Source: Eledone cirrhosa (Eukaryota). From it: a stretch of DNA of 64,000 bases. The stretch's first letter is position 1; each line of letters opens with the position of its first letter. A program made the position numbers and the translations under genes. Under the pieces are notes generated by a model. It made no database searches, was not told the origin of the DNA, and was given only the letters and a program-made list of their open reading frames with translations. Shown piece by piece: positions 56,772 to 64,000 of the stretch. The stretch spans positions 138,109 to 202,108 of the forward strand of contig CAXHJY010000941.1 in the NCBI GenBank assembly GCA_964016885.1. The letters run 5' to 3'.

Positions 56772-57420
56772 GTGAGGTTTTTTTTACAAAATGAAAAATA
56801 ACCAAGGTGTCCTACACGAGTGAAAGTATAAAGAAAAAGAGATGAAATCGAAAATGCAACTGAAGTCTTATTTTTTTTTAAAATATATATATTTATTTGG
56901 TTCCTTTACCGGTTTGGCAGTTCTTCTGCTTTTCAAAAGGTGAGTTGAGATGGAGGGTCTGTGGTTTTTCTCACATCTGGTTGGTCTCTGAATGTTACTT
57001 GTTTTATATGGAAAAAGTGGCTCGAAATTCCAGGTTTTTCGAGAAGTAATTTAATTGGTTTGTCAATAATTATAATAAATTTCGCGCCAGTTCGCGTTAC
57101 AATAGTTCTTCAAATAAGAGGGGGGGGGGGGGGTTGTCACAGGTTGTTTTTTCATATATGAGTGTTTGAATTTCTTTTTACTTGAAAAAAGGAGGCTCAC
57201 AAAGGCTTTTTTTTGGTTGGTTATAAATGAAATTTGGCTGTCACGTGAACAAGTTTTTATTACATTTTTGCGCCCTTATTTGGAAAACTATTCTGTTGTC
57301 TTTATAGTGAATGTTATGACAATGGAGAGATAGTGGTCAAGAGAAAAGGGATTGGGAGAAATGTTCTGGTTCAGTGAATATGGCCAGCTCGCTGGGGTGT
57401 CAGAGTTCAGATTTTCTATT
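56767..57420 (-). mobile_element. pLTR-like element with a degenerate hammerhead (56903-56940)
   Basis: Minus strand: cctt TTGAAAA gcag-aagaa-ctgc CAAA ccgg TA aagg. All three stems are intact and three core bases are mutated. It begins at a (TA)n edge; the right boundary is uncertain. Confidence 0.5.
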
Positions 57421-57721
57421 GAGACTAAAGATATGTATGTTTATTTGTGTGCTTGTGTGTGTGTATGTGTGTGTGTGTGTGTGTGTGTATGTGTGTATTG
57501 GAAGATTTTTCTATTAGTAGAGATGGGGGAGGGAGTTGTGTGTGTGTGCGAGTATGTTAAGATGGAGAGAATATATATTTTGTGTGTGTGTATATATATA
57601 TGTGTGTAGGAAAGTGGTTCTATTAGTAGAAATGGGGAGGGAGTTGTAGGTGTGGGGGTTGTTATGTGTGTGTATGGGTGTTATGTGTGTGGGAGTATGG
57701 TTAGCATGTTAAGATGAAGAG

Positions 57722-57752
<31 letters not shown>

Positions 57753-58030
57753 TGAAACAAAATGAAAACGAAATTTCATTTCTCACTCTTAGTATGGCAC
57801 TTACTTAAATGTAAGTATGCATGTATACGTACATACATATATGTATACAGACGTACAGTAGCATGCACATATATATATATATATATACATATATACATAC
57901 ACATGCATACAGGTACACATACATATATGCACGTATCAGTTTAGCGGCGCTAACGTCGCTTTGTTCGTTTGTAAACAAACTGAACAGCCTGAATTTATGC
58001 CATACGGCTTGAAACTAGTACATCGTTCCT

Positions 58031-62190
<4,160 letters not shown>

Positions 62191-64000
62191 GAATATAGAC
62201 ATAGAATATTCGAAAATATTCTGTATGTTTATAATAAACATTTTGAAGACCTAATCGCTATAGAATAGAATACGTCACGTATTACAATTAGATTCTCGAT
62301 AAAAGCAAGGGAAGTAATCTACGCGTTTCATTCTTGTTAGAAATCATCAGGACTACATATCCAGTGCTTTTATCGAGAATGACACAGCTAGAGACTTATA
62401 GAATACTTAGCTGTGCCACAGGAACTGGTTTGAAAGAGCGGTTGCCGGTCCGGCAGAAATTAGAAATTGGAATAAATGCTCTGAAATAGCGATATATATG
62501 TGAATATAGACATAGAATATTCGAAAATATTCTGTATGTTTATAATAAACATTTTGAAGACCTAATCGCTATAGAATAGAATACGTCACGTATTACAATT
62601 AGATTCTCGATAAAAGCAAGGGAAGTAATCTACGCGTTTCATTCTTGTTAGAAATCATCAGGACTACTGTATCCAGTGCTTTTATCGAGAATGACACAGC
62701 TAGAGACTTATAGAATACTTAGCTTGTGCACAGGAACTGGTTTGAAAGAGCGGTTGCCGGTCCGGCAGAAATTAGAAATTGGAATAAATGCTCTGAAATA
62801 GCGATATATATGTGAATATAGACATAGAATATTCGAAAATATTCTGTATGTTTATAATAAACATTTTGAAGACCTAATCGCTATAGAATAGAATACGTCA
62901 CGTATTACAATTAGATTCTCGATAAAAGCAAGGGAAGTAATCTACGCGTTTCATTCTTGTTAGAAAATCATCAGGACTACATATCCAGTGCTTTTATCGA
63001 GAATGACACAGCTAGAGACTTATAGAATACTTAGCTGTGCACAGGAACTGGTTTGAAAGAGCGGTTGCCGGTCCGGCAGAAATTAGAAATTGGAATAAAT
63101 GCTCTGAAATAGCGATATATATGTGAATATAGACATAGAATATTCGAAAATATTCTGTATGTTTATAATAAACATTTTGAAGACCTAATCGCTATAGAAT
63201 AGAATACGTCACGTATTACAATTAGATTCTCGATAAAAGCAATGGAAGTAAGCTCCGTTCATTCTTGTTAAGAATGCAACGCGTAGATTACATATCCATT
63301 GCTTTTATCGAGAATGACAAAGCTAGAGACTATAGAATACTTAGCTGTGCCAGGAACTAGGTTTGAAAGAGCGGTTGCCGGTCCTGGCAGAAATAGATAT
63401 TGAATAAATGCTCTGAAATAGCGATATATATGTGAATATAACATAGATATTCGAATATTTCAGTATGATTTATTCAATTACAACATTTTGAAGGACGGCT
63501 AATCGCTATAGAATCAGATTACGTCACGTAATTACTAAGTTAGATTCTCGATAAAAGCACTGGATATGTAGTCCTGATGATTTCTAACAAGAATGAAACG
63601 CGTAGATTACTTCCCTTGCTTTTATCGAGAATCTAATTGTAATACGTGACGTATTCTATTCTATAGCGATTAGGTCTTCAAAATATACTCAGTGATAAAC
63701 ATAGCAGAATATTTTCGAATATTCTATGTCTATATTCACATATATATCGCTATTTCAGAGCATTTATTCCAATTTCTAATTTCTGCGGACGCGCAACCCG
63801 CTCTTTCAAACCAGTTCCTGTGCACAGCTAAGTATTTCTATAAGTCTCTAGCTGTGTCATCTCGATAAAAGCACTGGATATGTATCCTGATGATTTCTAA
63901 CAAGAATGAAACGCGTAGATTTACTTCCCTTGCTTTTATCGAGAATCTAATTGTAATAACGTGACGTATTCTATTCTAGTTAAGCGATTAGGTCTTCAAA
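62191..64000. repeat. ~311-bp hammerhead-containing tandem array (non-LTR retrozyme-like), with orientation reversal near 63545-63559
   Basis: Unit starts (gaatatagac) fall at 62191, 62502, 62814, 63125 and 63434 (degraded). From ~63560 the same unit continues as its reverse complement to the window end. Confidence 0.92.
62292..62380 (-). ncRNA. Minimal type I hammerhead ribozyme with extended stem I (one per array unit)
   Basis: The minus-strand core at 62314-62356 reads gtagtc CTGATGA t-ttct-aaca-agaa-t GAAA cgcg TA gattac. It is enclosed by a perfect 16-bp helix, attctcgataaaagca/tgcttttatcgagaat. Further copies lie at 62625-62667 (-), 62937-62980 (-), 63568-63610 (+) and 63882-63924 (+). 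Confidence 0.9.

Noticed and set aside
62191-63559. Tandem array as a CRISPR array or protein-coding repeat
   Set aside because: The units are near-identical over their full length with no unique spacers, no cas genes are present, the context is eukaryotic, and the ORF track shows no ORF in the unit.

Overview
AT-rich, repeat-dominated eukaryotic DNA. It is most likely from an octopus or other cephalopod (inferred from the repeat families; not provable from the window). I can support no host-gene exon. The window is a patchwork of (TA)n microsatellites that serve as landing sites for retroelements. These include several young 5'-truncated RTE LINEs with a PHD-type finger inside the RT, tRNA-derived SINEs, and one young plus one decayed Penelope-like element (PLE, RT + GIY-YIG). 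Outside the TA tracts are remnants of a Tx1/L1 element, a pogo transposase and piggyBac-type MITEs. The main unannotated signal is a set of type I hammerhead ribozymes (HHRs) read directly from the sequence (CUGANGA-stem II-GAAA-stem III-UH, with a closing stem I). They occur in roughly eight different sequence families. One family is a ~311-bp HHR tandem array (a retrozyme-like circRNA candidate) at the right end. Several others are short non-coding elements with inverted pseudo-LTRs. Most of these elements, and the coding PLE, share a ~85-nt 3' tail that opens with a bulged hairpin. This suggests a (TA)n-targeting PLE that mobilises a diverse set of ribozyme-bearing non-autonomous RNAs. All structures were paired by eye; no folding or database searches were run.
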